Shown here in pieces: positions 8,305 through 17,782 of a stretch of DNA of 64,000 nucleotides. The position numbers and the translations under genes are program-made. Origin of the DNA: an uncultured Candidatus Saccharibacteria bacterium (GTDB lineage: Bacteria; Patescibacteriota; Minisyncoccia; Minisyncoccales; CAYJUL01). Under the pieces are notes generated by a model that worked only from the letters and a program-made list of their open reading frames with translations, had not been told where the DNA came from and did not search any database. The stretch is from the NCBI GenBank assembly GCA_964401295.1, contig CAYNXX010000001.1:137076-201075 (forward strand). The letters run 5' to 3'. Position 1 is the first letter of the stretch, and the number at the start of each line of letters is the position of its first letter.

Positions 8305-9242
8305 AAATGTATTTTAAGTAGTACTCTAGCTAATTTATCCGGATCGTGCCTGACAAAACCTGACTTGCTCAGAAAATTCCCTGCGATAATTTTGAAATTT
8401 TTTTCTTTGAAGTCTAACTTTTTCCATGAAACGAATTGCGCGCCCTGTTTTTCATATTGCTCAATGCGATTTTTAGAAGGTTTTTTGGTATTTAAAATTA
8501 TAGCATCCAAAACCTTTCCTCCCGCATATTTTTCTATAGCGCACACGAAATCTTTAGCAGTAAATCCGTTCGTTTCTCCAAATTTTGTCATTAAATTGCA
8601 GACGTAAACTTTTTTTGCCGGACTTTTACGAACAGCTTTCGCAATGCCATCAACCAAAAAATTTGGAATGATGCTTGAAAAAAGATCGCCTGGCCCTATG
8701 ACTATTAAATCGGCTTTGGCGATCGCCTGCAAAGCTTTTGGATTGGCCGGGCAGTAAGGACTCAACCAAACATCAACTATACGAAGCCATCCATCATGTT
8801 TGGGCACGTCTATATTCGTTTCGCCCTCAATTACGTTTTTATTTTCCAGCTTAGCGAAAAGTCTCGCGTTACCGAAGGTTGATGGAATAACCTCGCCTTT
8901 TACATCCAAAATCCTTTCCGTCTCATTAAGCGCTTTTTGCGGATCGCCATATATCCTAGAGAGTAGATAAATCAAAAGATTGCCAACTGTATGACCCGCA
9001 AACACTCCTTCAGTAAGTCTGAAATTTAAGGCAGTCGTATTTTTTTTAAAGCGCAAAAGCGCAGCAAGCGCCGGCCTTATAGATCCGGCTGGCAGTATAC
9101 CTCGTTCCCTCCGTAAAATACCCGTGGACCCACCATCATCGGCCATAGAAACAACCGCGGATAAATTAACCGGATAGTTTTTGAGACCCGTAAGAACAGT
9201 AAAAGTTCCTGTACCGCCACCGATGACTAAGATATTTTTCAT
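8301..9242 (-). CDS. YvcK / CofD-like (UPF0052) family protein; the start is uncertain (ORF open to 9317, likely start MKNILVIGGGTG at 9242)
   Basis: The motifs VIGGGTG...VVSMADDGGSTGILRRE are characteristic of the YvcK/CofD 2-phospho-L-lactate transferase-like family. Confidence 0.75.
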   Translation of the reverse strand: MKNILVIGGGTGTFTVLTGLKNYPVNLSAVVSMADDGGSTGILRRERGILPAGSIRPALAALLRFKKNTTALNFRLTEGVFAGHTVGNLLIYLLSRIYGDPQKALNETERILDVKGEVIPSTFGNARLFAKLENKNVIEGETNIDVPKHDGWLRIVDVWLSPYCPANPKALQAIAKADLIVIGPGDLFSSIIPNFLVDGIAKAVRKSPAKKVYVCNLMTKFGETNGFTAKDFVCAIEKYAGGKVLDAIILNTKKPSKNRIEQYEKQGAQFVSWKKLDFKEKNFKIIAGNFLSKSGFVRHDPDKLARVLLKIHL

Positions 9243-9269
9243 AAACCCATATATAATAATTTCCATTCC

Positions 9270-9298
9270 TTGACAGGCCACGTCATATTTGTTATTAT
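9270..9298 (+). promoter_or_regulatory. Near-consensus sigma70 promoter (TTGACA, 17-nt spacer, TATTAT) driving the P2 locus
   Basis: Read directly from the sequence. It is divergent from the yvcK-like start. Confidence 0.6.
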
Positions 9299-9332
9299 GG
9301 TCATATCCTTTTAACAATCATAGGGAGGTTAA

Positions 9333-9365
9333 ATGGTCACAAAAAAGAGGAACCATAACTCATGA
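9333..9365 (+). CDS. Leader uORF (MVTKKRNHNS, 10 codons) with a strong SD GGGAGG; its stop overlaps the P2 start (ATGA)
   Basis: GGGAGG lies 7 nt upstream of the ATG at 9333. The TGA at 9363-9365 overlaps the ATG at 9362-9364, an arrangement that suggests translational coupling. Confidence 0.4.
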   Translation: MVTKKRNHNS

Positions 9366-9673
9366 TGGGGAGGGAAATTACTCTCGGTATGTATTGCATG
9401 CGTTGCAGTGATATGCAAACCGTGTATGCGTATTTAAATTTAAATACCGAGGACGATAGCATTATAATCATAGTTGAACCCATAGGGGCGATAGATTTCC
9501 GGACCGGCGACGCCGGACTTACTGAATTTGTCCACCGTTGCGGTGGACCGGTCAAATTTATAAGCCCATATTTTTCTCTTAATACTAAGTGTAAACTGGT
9601 TCCTCAATCTCCGATTGGCATGCCATCGAATCCGCGGCAAAGAGAAGCTTCTCGCCGCGGTGTGGCCATTTGA
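9362..9673 (+). CDS. Small Cys/His-containing hypothetical protein P2 (103 aa; CMRC...HRCGG)
   Basis: The ORF sits in a monocistronic unit between a consensus promoter and a strong terminator. It is moderately GC-rich. The alternative reading of this unit as a ~400-nt ncRNA was considered and not supported. Confidence 0.5.
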   Translation: MMGREITLGMYCMRCSDMQTVYAYLNLNTEDDSIIIIVEPIGAIDFRTGDAGLTEFVHRCGGPVKFISPYFSLNTKCKLVPQSPIGMPSNPRQREASRRGVAI

Positions 9674-9678
9674 CGCAT

Positions 9679-9702
9679 AGGGGGTTAATCCCCCTTTTTT
9701 AT
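9679..9702 (+). terminator. Rho-independent terminator (AGGGGG-UUAAU-CCCCCU followed by a U-run), partly bidirectional with the glmS end
   Basis: Perfect 6-bp GC stem followed by TTTTTT. Confidence 0.8.
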
Positions 9703-9720
9703 TGCGGGACAATCGCGGTG

Positions 9721-11565
9721 CTATTCAACGGTGACACTTTTGGCCAGATTTCTCGGCTTATCCACATCACATCCACGGAGCACGCCTGTGTAATAAGCGA
9801 AAAGCTGTAGCGGAATAATGCTTAAAATCGGCGTCAGCATTTCAAGCGTTTTTGGAATATAAATAACGTCATCGGATATTTTTCCAATTTCATCGTTTCC
9901 TTCGCTGGCAATAGCAATAACTCTTCCATTGCGAGCTTTTATTTCCATAATGTTTGAAATCATTTTTTCGTAAACGCTGTCCGTGGGTGCAATGGCCAGC
10001 GTGGGAAAATTTTCATCTATCAGAGCTATCGGCCCATGTTTCATTTCTCCAGCACCATATCCTTCTGCGTGCACGTAAGAAATCTCTTTTAATTTTAGGG
10101 CCCCTTCCAGGGCTATGGGATAGTTATATTTGCGGCCGATGTACAACATATTATCAAATTTCGCATATTTTTGCGATATTGCCTCTATGTCTCTTGCTTC
10201 GTCCAGCACGGCTTTTATTTTTTGAGGCAGAAATTCCAATTCCTTCGCTATCTCTTCTATCTCCTCCCGATCAATTCTAGAGCGCTGTCTTGCGAAAAAC
10301 AGCGCGAGAAGCACAAATACGGCAATCTGGGAAAGAAATGTTTTTGTGGAAGCGACCCCAATTTCGGGACCGGCATAGTTATAAAGGCCAGCATCCGTTT
10401 CTCTTGCGATAGAAGACCCAATCACATTTACCAAACCAACGGTGAGTACCTTTTGTTTTTTAATGTTACGCAACGCTGCGAGCGCGTCTGCGGTTTCGCC
10501 CGACTGCGAAACCGTTAATAAACATGTATGCTTATCGAATACGGGTTTGCGATTGCGATACCGCAGCTCCGAACTATGCTCTACCTCGGTTGGCATTCCG
10601 CCGTACTCTTCAAGCATGTATTCGCCTACCAAAGAAGAATAATACGAAGAACCGGAGGCAGAAATAATCATGCGCTTAACTTTTCGCAATCGATCAAGCA
10701 CCGGCTCCAGTCCCCCAAAAACACCACGTTGCACCACCATGCGCAAACGCCCCCGCAGAGCGTTCTCTACAACTGATGGCGCCTCAAAAATCTCTTTGAG
10801 CATATAGTGAGAGAATCCCCCCCTGGACGCTTCCTCCCAATCCCAATCAAGCTCAAGGTGTTGCCTTTGAATTTGCTCCCCTGACGCAATGACGGATAGT
10901 GTAAATTTTTCAGGGGTTATCACGCCCATTTCTCCATCTTCAAGATAAACTACCTTTTTCGTATGCGGGACCACTGCGGCTGGATCGGAAGCCACAATAA
11001 ACCCTTCTTTTCCGATTCCGACTAAAAGGGGGCTTGATTTTTTAGCAATAACTAATTTTTCTGGATTTTCCTTTGCTAGAATCGCAAGGGCATACGTACC
11101 CTCTACCAAAGGAAGAGCCCGTACGATCGCTTGTTCAAGGCTATTATCAAAAAATTTTTCTATAAGATGACATAGCACTTCTGTATCTGTTTCTGAATAA
11201 AATTGGTGGCCTTCTTGTTCAAGGTTTTTTCTTAGAGATTTAAAATTTTCCACGATACCATTATGGACAAGATAGATATTTTTCCTGCAATCATAATGAG
11301 GATGGGCATTGGTTTCCGAAACTCCGCCATGGGTCGCCCAACGCGTATGTAAAATAAATGGGCAGCCAGCGAGAGGGGCTTTTAAAAATTTATCTTCCAG
11401 ATTTTTTATCTTACCAACAGCCCTAAGAAGCGAAACTTTCCCGAGGTTCTGATCTAAAACTGCCAAACCCGCTGAATCGTATCCGCGATACTCCAATCGC
11501 TTTAATGCCTCCAAGCCGAGAGAAACGTTTTTATTTTTACCGATGTAACCTACGATACCGCACAT
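9721..11565 (-). CDS. glmS: Glutamine--fructose-6-phosphate aminotransferase GlmS
   Basis: The N-terminus reads MCGIVGY (Ntn amidotransferase Cys2). Two SIS domains are present. Total length is 614 aa. Confidence 0.95.
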   Translation of the reverse strand: MCGIVGYIGKNKNVSLGLEALKRLEYRGYDSAGLAVLDQNLGKVSLLRAVGKIKNLEDKFLKAPLAGCPFILHTRWATHGGVSETNAHPHYDCRKNIYLVHNGIVENFKSLRKNLEQEGHQFYSETDTEVLCHLIEKFFDNSLEQAIVRALPLVEGTYALAILAKENPEKLVIAKKSSPLLVGIGKEGFIVASDPAAVVPHTKKVVYLEDGEMGVITPEKFTLSVIASGEQIQRQHLELDWDWEEASRGGFSHYMLKEIFEAPSVVENALRGRLRMVVQRGVFGGLEPVLDRLRKVKRMIISASGSSYYSSLVGEYMLEEYGGMPTEVEHSSELRYRNRKPVFDKHTCLLTVSQSGETADALAALRNIKKQKVLTVGLVNVIGSSIARETDAGLYNYAGPEIGVASTKTFLSQIAVFVLLALFFARQRSRIDREEIEEIAKELEFLPQKIKAVLDEARDIEAISQKYAKFDNMLYIGRKYNYPIALEGALKLKEISYVHAEGYGAGEMKHGPIALIDENFPTLAIAPTDSVYEKMISNIMEIKARNGRVIAIASEGNDEIGKISDDVIYIPKTLEMLTPILSIIPLQLFAYYTGVLRGCDVDKPRNLAKSVTVE

Positions 11566-11723
11566 ACGAAAACTCTATCATCTTTCCACAAAAATTAAAA
11601 GGTGCCTAGCTAAGTTATTTTAAAACTACGGGGCCGTTAAAATTATTGGGGACGGGTCTTATTGATTCGCTCATTAACCATTCTCGTAGAAATAAGGAAG
11701 TGCATTAGGGCAAAATATCTTGC

Positions 11724-14273
11724 TTACACGACAATATTCAGCAACCTACCACGAACAAAGATAATTTTTTTTATTTGTTTTTCAGCAATCCACTTTTGCA
11801 CGTGCGGAAGCGATAAGGCAATTTTCTTTGCTTCTTCTTCACTAATTCCAACCTGCACTTCTATCTTATCCCTTACCTTGCCGTTTATTTGGATAATAAG
11901 ATTTATCCTTTCCTCCGCAATCAATTTGGGATTGTGCTTCGGCCAAGGCTGAATATGCATAGAGCCATGCGCCACTGCAAACTTTTGCCACAATTCCTCG
12001 CTCATATGCGGCGCAAAGGGAGCTAGAAGCTTAAGGAAAATAATCAATTGCGATTTTGTTATCTCTTGCGGTCGTTCTTCAAAAGAGTTAAGTAAAACCA
12101 TCAGCGCGGAAATGGCCGTATTGTATTGCAAATTCTCTATATCTTCAGTAACCTTCTTGATGGTTTTATGAAGCAGCCTATTAACGAATAACGAATCTTT
12201 GGAGGATTTACGAATTCGTTTACTGGTAAGTGATTTGTCATTCTTTAATAAAAATACTCTCCGCACTCTCTCCAAAAATCTCGTAATCCCTCGTATACCG
12301 GTATCCTTGAAATCCCCGCCCTGCTCGAATGGACCTAGAAACATAAGATACATACGCAACGCATCGGCTCCGTATTTTTTAATGTATTCGTCCGGGTTAA
12401 CGACGTTGCCGCGCGATTTTGACATCTTAGCGCCATCTTTGATCAAAAGGCCGTGGGCGCGGAATTTCTTGAAGGGTTCTTCAAAATTTATCACTTTCCA
12501 ATCGTAAAATGCCATTGCCATAAATCTGACATAAAGCAAATGCAGCACTGCATGCTCGGCGCCGCCAATATACATATCAATAGGGCACCATTTTTGAACA
12601 AGCTGCGAAAATTTAGAATCTCCAATTTTTAAGTTCCAATTTTTAAACTTTATAAGATAGCCAAGATAATACCATGAAGAATCCAGAAAGGTGTCGGAAA
12701 CATCGGTTTCACGCCGCGCCCATGCCCTGCACCTCGGGCAGTGGACTTTGTAGAATTTTTCCACGGTTGCAAGCGGAGATTTATCGGTTCCGGTCGGACG
12801 AAAATTTTTAATATGGGGCAATTTAAGAGGAAGATCTTTTTCTGGAACGCTATACCAACCGGGCATACTTTTTTTCTCCCCGTAATCCAGCGAGGCGCAT
12901 TTTCCGCAAAAAATCATGGGTATCGGTGGACCCCAATAACGCTGGCGCGAAATTAACCAATCTCGCAAGCGGTAATTTGTTTGTTTTTTTCCGCCTACGA
13001 ATTTCGTGATTTCCAACTTAGCATCCTCATACCACAAATCGTTAAATTTATCGGAATTCATAAGCCTACCGCCAAATTCATAGCATCGTTTCCCTTGGTG
13101 GATTTCTTGTAAAATCTTCTGGGGATCTTCCGAGGAAACAACCCCAACTAATCGCATATGCTTCCCGGTTTTTTTATCAAATGGACTAATTACACAAATA
13201 ATCGGAAGTCTGAATTTATTTGCAAAATCAAAATCTCGCTGGTCGTGCGCTGGAACCGCCATGACCGCCCCAGTACCCACATCTCCAAGCACGTAATCAG
13301 CAATCCATATGGGTATCTCTTTTTTTGTCGCCGGATTCACGGCAATAATGCCTTTTAATTCTATGCCGTTCTTTTCTTTTTCTTCTATGGTTCTTTCTTC
13401 TAAAGATTTATAGGCCGCGTTCTTTATATAATCTTCAACTTCTTTTTTATTTGTGATTCCCGGCATTAAATTCGAAATCATTTTATGCTCTGGGGCTAAT
13501 ATCAAATAGGTTGCGCCGAAAAGCGTATCTGGGCGCGTAGTAAATACCTCTATTGAAAATTGAGAATTTGAAATCGGGAATTTTATTAATGCTCCCTCCG
13601 ATTTTCCAATCCAATTCCTCTGGGCAGTTTTTATCTTTTCTGGCCAGTCAATTTTATCCAAATTTTTCAGCAGGCGCTCGACGTAATCGGTAATCTTGAA
13701 AAACCACTGTTCAAGCTCCTTTCCGGCGACAACGCTACCACATCTTTCGCACTTTCCGCCGATGATCTGCTCGTCCGCCAAAACCGTTTTACAGCTAAAA
13801 CACCAATTAACCGAAGCTTTTTTTCTGTAGGCCAGGCCGCGCTTGAACATCTGTATGAAAATCCATTGCGTCCATTTGTAGTATTCCGGATCATACGTTT
13901 CAAGGCGCTCACGCCAAGCAAAACTATTGCCCATTGCTTCGAGTTGTTTATAAAATCTTTTTTCAGAGATTTTAGCCTGATGCGCGGGATGCTTTCTTAC
14001 TTTAATGGCATAATTTTCCGAGTGAATACCAAATCCATCAAGGCCTATCGGTTCAAAAACATCACAACCCTGCATCCTTTTCATGCGGCCGTATATATCG
14101 GCGCCGGTAAAAGCATACATATTGCCGACATGCAAACCCCCTGCCGAAGGATAGGGAAACATCATCAAATTATAAAAAGGCCTTTTAGCTTTTTTAAAAT
14201 TTGGCTCGTATAGTTTCTTTTTAAACCAGGCTTTTTGCCATTTTTTTTCTATTCTGGAATGATTATAATCCAT
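11724..14273 (-). CDS. leuS: Leucyl-tRNA synthetase
   Basis: HVGN (HIGH) motif, KMSKS motif and the LeuRS-specific CP1/zinc regions are present. Total length is 849 aa. Confidence 0.95.
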   Translation of the reverse strand: MDYNHSRIEKKWQKAWFKKKLYEPNFKKAKRPFYNLMMFPYPSAGGLHVGNMYAFTGADIYGRMKRMQGCDVFEPIGLDGFGIHSENYAIKVRKHPAHQAKISEKRFYKQLEAMGNSFAWRERLETYDPEYYKWTQWIFIQMFKRGLAYRKKASVNWCFSCKTVLADEQIIGGKCERCGSVVAGKELEQWFFKITDYVERLLKNLDKIDWPEKIKTAQRNWIGKSEGALIKFPISNSQFSIEVFTTRPDTLFGATYLILAPEHKMISNLMPGITNKKEVEDYIKNAAYKSLEERTIEEKEKNGIELKGIIAVNPATKKEIPIWIADYVLGDVGTGAVMAVPAHDQRDFDFANKFRLPIICVISPFDKKTGKHMRLVGVVSSEDPQKILQEIHQGKRCYEFGGRLMNSDKFNDLWYEDAKLEITKFVGGKKQTNYRLRDWLISRQRYWGPPIPMIFCGKCASLDYGEKKSMPGWYSVPEKDLPLKLPHIKNFRPTGTDKSPLATVEKFYKVHCPRCRAWARRETDVSDTFLDSSWYYLGYLIKFKNWNLKIGDSKFSQLVQKWCPIDMYIGGAEHAVLHLLYVRFMAMAFYDWKVINFEEPFKKFRAHGLLIKDGAKMSKSRGNVVNPDEYIKKYGADALRMYLMFLGPFEQGGDFKDTGIRGITRFLERVRRVFLLKNDKSLTSKRIRKSSKDSLFVNRLLHKTIKKVTEDIENLQYNTAISALMVLLNSFEERPQEITKSQLIIFLKLLAPFAPHMSEELWQKFAVAHGSMHIQPWPKHNPKLIAEERINLIIQINGKVRDKIEVQVGISEEEAKKIALSLPHVQKWIAEKQIKKIIFVRGRLLNIVV

Positions 14274-14318
14274 ATCATCTATGTTTAATTTAACATACTT
14301 AAATCCTGCGCTTTTGTT

Positions 14319-15131
14319 TTAAATGCGAAATAATGCTTTGGCATTGCGAGTTGCGATTTCCGCAAGCTCCATTGAGCTCAATCTTTTGATCGCCGCAATC
14401 TTTTCAGCGATATATTTTATATTAATAGGTTCATTACGACCCAGCAGGGGCGGCGGCGTCAAATCCGGCGCATCAGTTTCAAAAAGTATCTTATCCGCAG
14501 GTATTTTCTTGATTACTTCGTTAAGATCCAATTTAAAAATTATGCCGTTAAAACCCAAATAAAAACCCATCTCTAGAAACATCTTGGCCTCTGGCCAGCT
14601 ACCAGTAAAGCAGTGTAGCACACCCATGGGGATATGGTTTAAATACCGCAAAATCTCGATCAAATCTCTGTTGGCCATGCGGCAGTGCATTATCAGCGGC
14701 AAATTAAATTCCGCGGCAAGCTTTATGTGTTTTAAAAATAATTCTCTTTGCTCCTCTTTAAAACGTTCCAGTTTTATTTTTGTCTTTGGCTTCCAATAAT
14801 AATCAAGCCCAAATTCTCCTATCGCAACAACATTAGACTGACCGACGAGAATTCTATATTTTTCATAATCAAATTTTTCGGGTTGAAATTCGTTTTGCGA
14901 GGTTTGTTTTATTCTCGTAAAGCCGCTTTTGATATATGTAGGGTGAAGACCGATTGCGGAATAAACACCTTCGGAATATTTTTGAGCGAGCTCAACTGCG
15001 GCTTTACTTGTTGAATAATTATAGCCTGGGCTGATAAGCCAAACTTTTTCTTTTAGGGCGCGCGTGATTACATCGCCAACGTCATTCTTAAATGCCGGCG
15101 AGCCGAGGTGGGCGTGAGTATCAATAAACAT
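14319..15131 (-). CDS. tatD: TatD-family metal-dependent hydrolase/DNase
   Basis: The N-terminus reads MFIDTHAHL. TatD His/Asp metal ligands are present. It sits immediately after metG, a common metG-tatD linkage. The start was chosen at the internal M to avoid overlap. Confidence 0.85.
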   Translation of the reverse strand: MFIDTHAHLGSPAFKNDVGDVITRALKEKVWLISPGYNYSTSKAAVELAQKYSEGVYSAIGLHPTYIKSGFTRIKQTSQNEFQPEKFDYEKYRILVGQSNVVAIGEFGLDYYWKPKTKIKLERFKEEQRELFLKHIKLAAEFNLPLIMHCRMANRDLIEILRYLNHIPMGVLHCFTGSWPEAKMFLEMGFYLGFNGIIFKLDLNEVIKKIPADKILFETDAPDLTPPPLLGRNEPINIKYIAEKIAAIKRLSSMELAEIATRNAKALFRI

Positions 15132-15133
15132 GA

Positions 15134-16600
15134 TTATATCCTTGGAAAAAAGGGGTCGCCGCGCTGAGCTTTGAAATGCCATGCGGTAGCAGAAGAAGAT
15201 TCTATGCCTAGGTGCCAGAATATTTTTTCCGAGGTCTGGGGCATAAAAGGACCAAGCATACTTGCAATATGCGCTAGAAGAAACAGTAACTCCTTTATAG
15301 TTTCGTCATTGCCTTTTTCCCAGGGTTTTTTTTCATCTATTTGCTTATCGCACCGGCTTATCAAATCCCAAATGGCCTCAAGGGCCTTATTGAATTTAAA
15401 TTCATCGAGCTCTTTTTTGTATTCTTTCCATACTCTTTCGACGGATCGCAAAGTTTGCGCAGTTGGTTTTATTTCGGAATTCTTCAAACCGATTTTTTCG
15501 GCCATAGCCGTAACTCTTGCTACCAAATTGCCTAGCCCCGAAGCTAAATCAGAATTATAGCGCTTTATAAATTTTTTTTCTGTGTAGTCGCCATCTCCAG
15601 TCGGCGGTATTTCTCTTAAAAGGTAATAGCGCACGGGATCGGCTCCGTATTTTTTGATCAATTCAAAAGGATCAATCACATTGCCTATGGTTTTTGACAT
15701 TTTTTGGCCGCCGACGGTGATTAGTCCGTGCACCATCAAAGATTTCGGCAATTCCAAGCCCAAAGAAAAAAGCATAGCCGGCCAGATTATCGCGTGGAAA
15801 CGCAAAATATCTTTCCCAAGGCAATGAATGTCAGCTGGCCAAAATTTCTTGAACTTATCTCTATTTTCGGCGAAGCCCAGAGCCGAAATATAATTGGTAA
15901 GCGCGTCGCACCAGACGTACATTGTCTGGGTTGTGTCATCTGGAACCGGAATTCCCCATTTCAGATCTGCGGCCGGCCTCGAAAAGCTAATGTTCTCCAA
16001 GCCTGCGGCGACAAAACTCAGCATTTCCCTACGCCTGCCCTCGGGAATGATTTTTATTTTGTTTTTCTCAATCGCGTCTTTTATTTTTTTTGAGTATCTT
16101 GTCAGTCTAAAAAAATAATTTTCTTCGTCTATTTTTTCTGGTTCCGACAAATGCAAAATGCATTTTCCATTTTTCAAATCTTTTGAGGTTATAAACGCCT
16201 CATGCCCTACGCAATAAACTCCGCTGTATTTCTTTTTATATATATCGCCATTCTTTTTAAGCATCAACCATACTTTTTGCGCCGCGGGCCAATGCCGCTT
16301 TTGGTCTGTGGTACGGATAAAATCGTTGGTGGAAATATTTAGCGCCCCGAGCAGATTTCTGAATTTGTAAGATATTTCCTCCGTGAATCGCTCGGGGGTC
16401 TTACCTTGTTTTTGGGCAGCTTTGGCGTTCTTGGCACCATGCTCATCCGTGCCGGTTAAAAAGAAAACTTCCTCGCCCAAAAGACGGTGATATCTTGCCA
16501 AAACATCCGCCTGAACCAACTCCAGCGCAAAGCCCAAATGCGGAGGGGCATTTGTGTAGGGAAGGCTTGTCGTGATATAAAACTTATTGGAATTAGTCAT
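15134..16600 (-). CDS. metG: Methionyl-tRNA synthetase (short form, without C-terminal tRNA-binding domain)
   Basis: The N-terminus reads TTSLPYTNAPPHLGFA (HIGH-type). The KMSKT motif is present. Confidence 0.95.
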   Translation of the reverse strand: MTNSNKFYITTSLPYTNAPPHLGFALELVQADVLARYHRLLGEEVFFLTGTDEHGAKNAKAAQKQGKTPERFTEEISYKFRNLLGALNISTNDFIRTTDQKRHWPAAQKVWLMLKKNGDIYKKKYSGVYCVGHEAFITSKDLKNGKCILHLSEPEKIDEENYFFRLTRYSKKIKDAIEKNKIKIIPEGRRREMLSFVAAGLENISFSRPAADLKWGIPVPDDTTQTMYVWCDALTNYISALGFAENRDKFKKFWPADIHCLGKDILRFHAIIWPAMLFSLGLELPKSLMVHGLITVGGQKMSKTIGNVIDPFELIKKYGADPVRYYLLREIPPTGDGDYTEKKFIKRYNSDLASGLGNLVARVTAMAEKIGLKNSEIKPTAQTLRSVERVWKEYKKELDEFKFNKALEAIWDLISRCDKQIDEKKPWEKGNDETIKELLFLLAHIASMLGPFMPQTSEKIFWHLGIESSSATAWHFKAQRGDPFFPRI

Positions 16601-16636
16601 AATAGGAATTATTACAGATTAATGTAACATAGATCC

Positions 16637-17104
16637 GTGATTTTAACACCCCATTTTATTTTCGGCGCACTCCTCGGCCATTTGATTCCGAATAAACTCT
16701 TGGCTCTGGCTGTCGCATTTTTGAGCCATTATGTTTTAGATGCAGTGCCGCACTGGGATTACGATGTTAAAAATCTAAAAGCTAAAAGATGGTTTTCTTC
16801 CGTGGGCGAGCTGGCTGAAGTAACTTTGGATTTTATTGGCGGATTTTTTATTGTTTTATGGCTGGGAGCCTGGCTAGACTTAAGAAATATTTTATGGATT
16901 TTAGCTTCGGGTTTTGCCGCGATTCTGCCGGATTTTTTAACATTTCTAATGATCCTTAATCCGGAAAACAAATTATTAAAAAGTCACCATTGGTTTCATG
17001 GCAAAAAAATCCACTGGTTTAAAAATAAAAATAATTCATTATTGTTTAATATCTCAAGTCAAATTTTAATTATCTTGCTTGCCATTGCTCTAATGCAAAG
17101 ATAA
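16637..17104 (+). CDS. Membrane protein, possibly a DUF457/YdjM-like membrane-bound metal-dependent hydrolase; GTG start
   Basis: Four to five hydrophobic helices with conserved His/Asp residues (HYVLDAVPHWDY). Confidence 0.4.
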   Translation: MILTPHFIFGALLGHLIPNKLLALAVAFLSHYVLDAVPHWDYDVKNLKAKRWFSSVGELAEVTLDFIGGFFIVLWLGAWLDLRNILWILASGFAAILPDFLTFLMILNPENKLLKSHHWFHGKKIHWFKNKNNSLLFNISSQILIILLAIALMQR

Positions 17105-17106
17105 AG

Positions 17107-17778
17107 TTAATTCCGCCGCATTATCACCGTGTATTCTCCACGAAGTGGATCTTTTTTTACCTTATCTACAATATCGCGCATAATACCCCTATAAATAGTT
17201 TCAAAGCGCTTGGTCAGTTCCCGACAAACCACAACTTCCGAATCCGAGTTTACGGCCTTTATCTCTTCCAGAGTTTTTATAATTCTATATGGAGATTCAT
17301 AAAAAATAACTGGGTATTTTGAATCAATAATTTCTTTGATAAATTTGCTCCGGTTTTTCTTTCGTGGCAAAAAACCAAAAAATAAAAACCTAGCCATCGG
17401 AAAACCAGCAATTGATGCCGCACTTGTGAGCGCGCTCGGCCCGGGTATCGATATAATTTCCACCTGCGGCGTAATTTTAGAAATATAATCTACCAGCCGA
17501 TTGCCCGGGTCCGAAATTCCAGGCGTGCCGGCATCAGAAACCAAAGCCAGATTTCTGCCGGTTTTTAATAATTCTGCGATTTGGACGGCCTTGTTTAATT
17601 TAGAATGCTGATGATAAGAGATCGTCGGTTTTTTGATGCGATAATTTGCAAGCAATTTTTGAGTGACTCGCGTGTCTTCACATAAGATTAAATCAACCAT
17701 TTTCAATGTTTCCAGAGCACGAAGGCTGATGTCTTTTAAATTGCCTATGGGCGTTGCTACGATATAAAACTTGGGCAT
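17107..17778 (-). CDS. rsmI: 16S rRNA (cytidine1402-2'-O)-methyltransferase RsmI
   Basis: Tetrapyrrole-methylase fold. The N-terminus reads YIVATPIGNLKDISLRALETL...LCEDTR. The ORF is open to 17835, but the likely start is MPKFYIV. Confidence 0.85.
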   Translation of the reverse strand: MPKFYIVATPIGNLKDISLRALETLKMVDLILCEDTRVTQKLLANYRIKKPTISYHQHSKLNKAVQIAELLKTGRNLALVSDAGTPGISDPGNRLVDYISKITPQVEIISIPGPSALTSAASIAGFPMARFLFFGFLPRKKNRSKFIKEIIDSKYPVIFYESPYRIIKTLEEIKAVNSDSEVVVCRELTKRFETIYRGIMRDIVDKVKKDPLRGEYTVIMRRN

Positions 17779-17782
17779 TTGA

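Noticed and set aside
9300-9705. RNase P RNA, 6S RNA or tmRNA at the P2 locus
   Set aside because: No GGAAAGUCCGG / ACAGNRA RNase P motifs are present, and there is no tRNA-like 3' end. The unit contains a well-formed SD-ORF pair, so a protein-coding unit is more likely. Residual ncRNA possibility is noted in findings.
9954-10776. Multiple 60-115-aa ORFs inside or antisense to glmS, leuS, metG, ileS and others in the ORF track
   Set aside because: They are fully nested in well-supported long conserved genes on the opposite strand or in another frame. They are typical spurious ORFs.
11566-11723. glmS ribozyme upstream of glmS
   Set aside because: None of the conserved glmS ribozyme core sequences are visible in the 158-nt upstream region on the minus strand.
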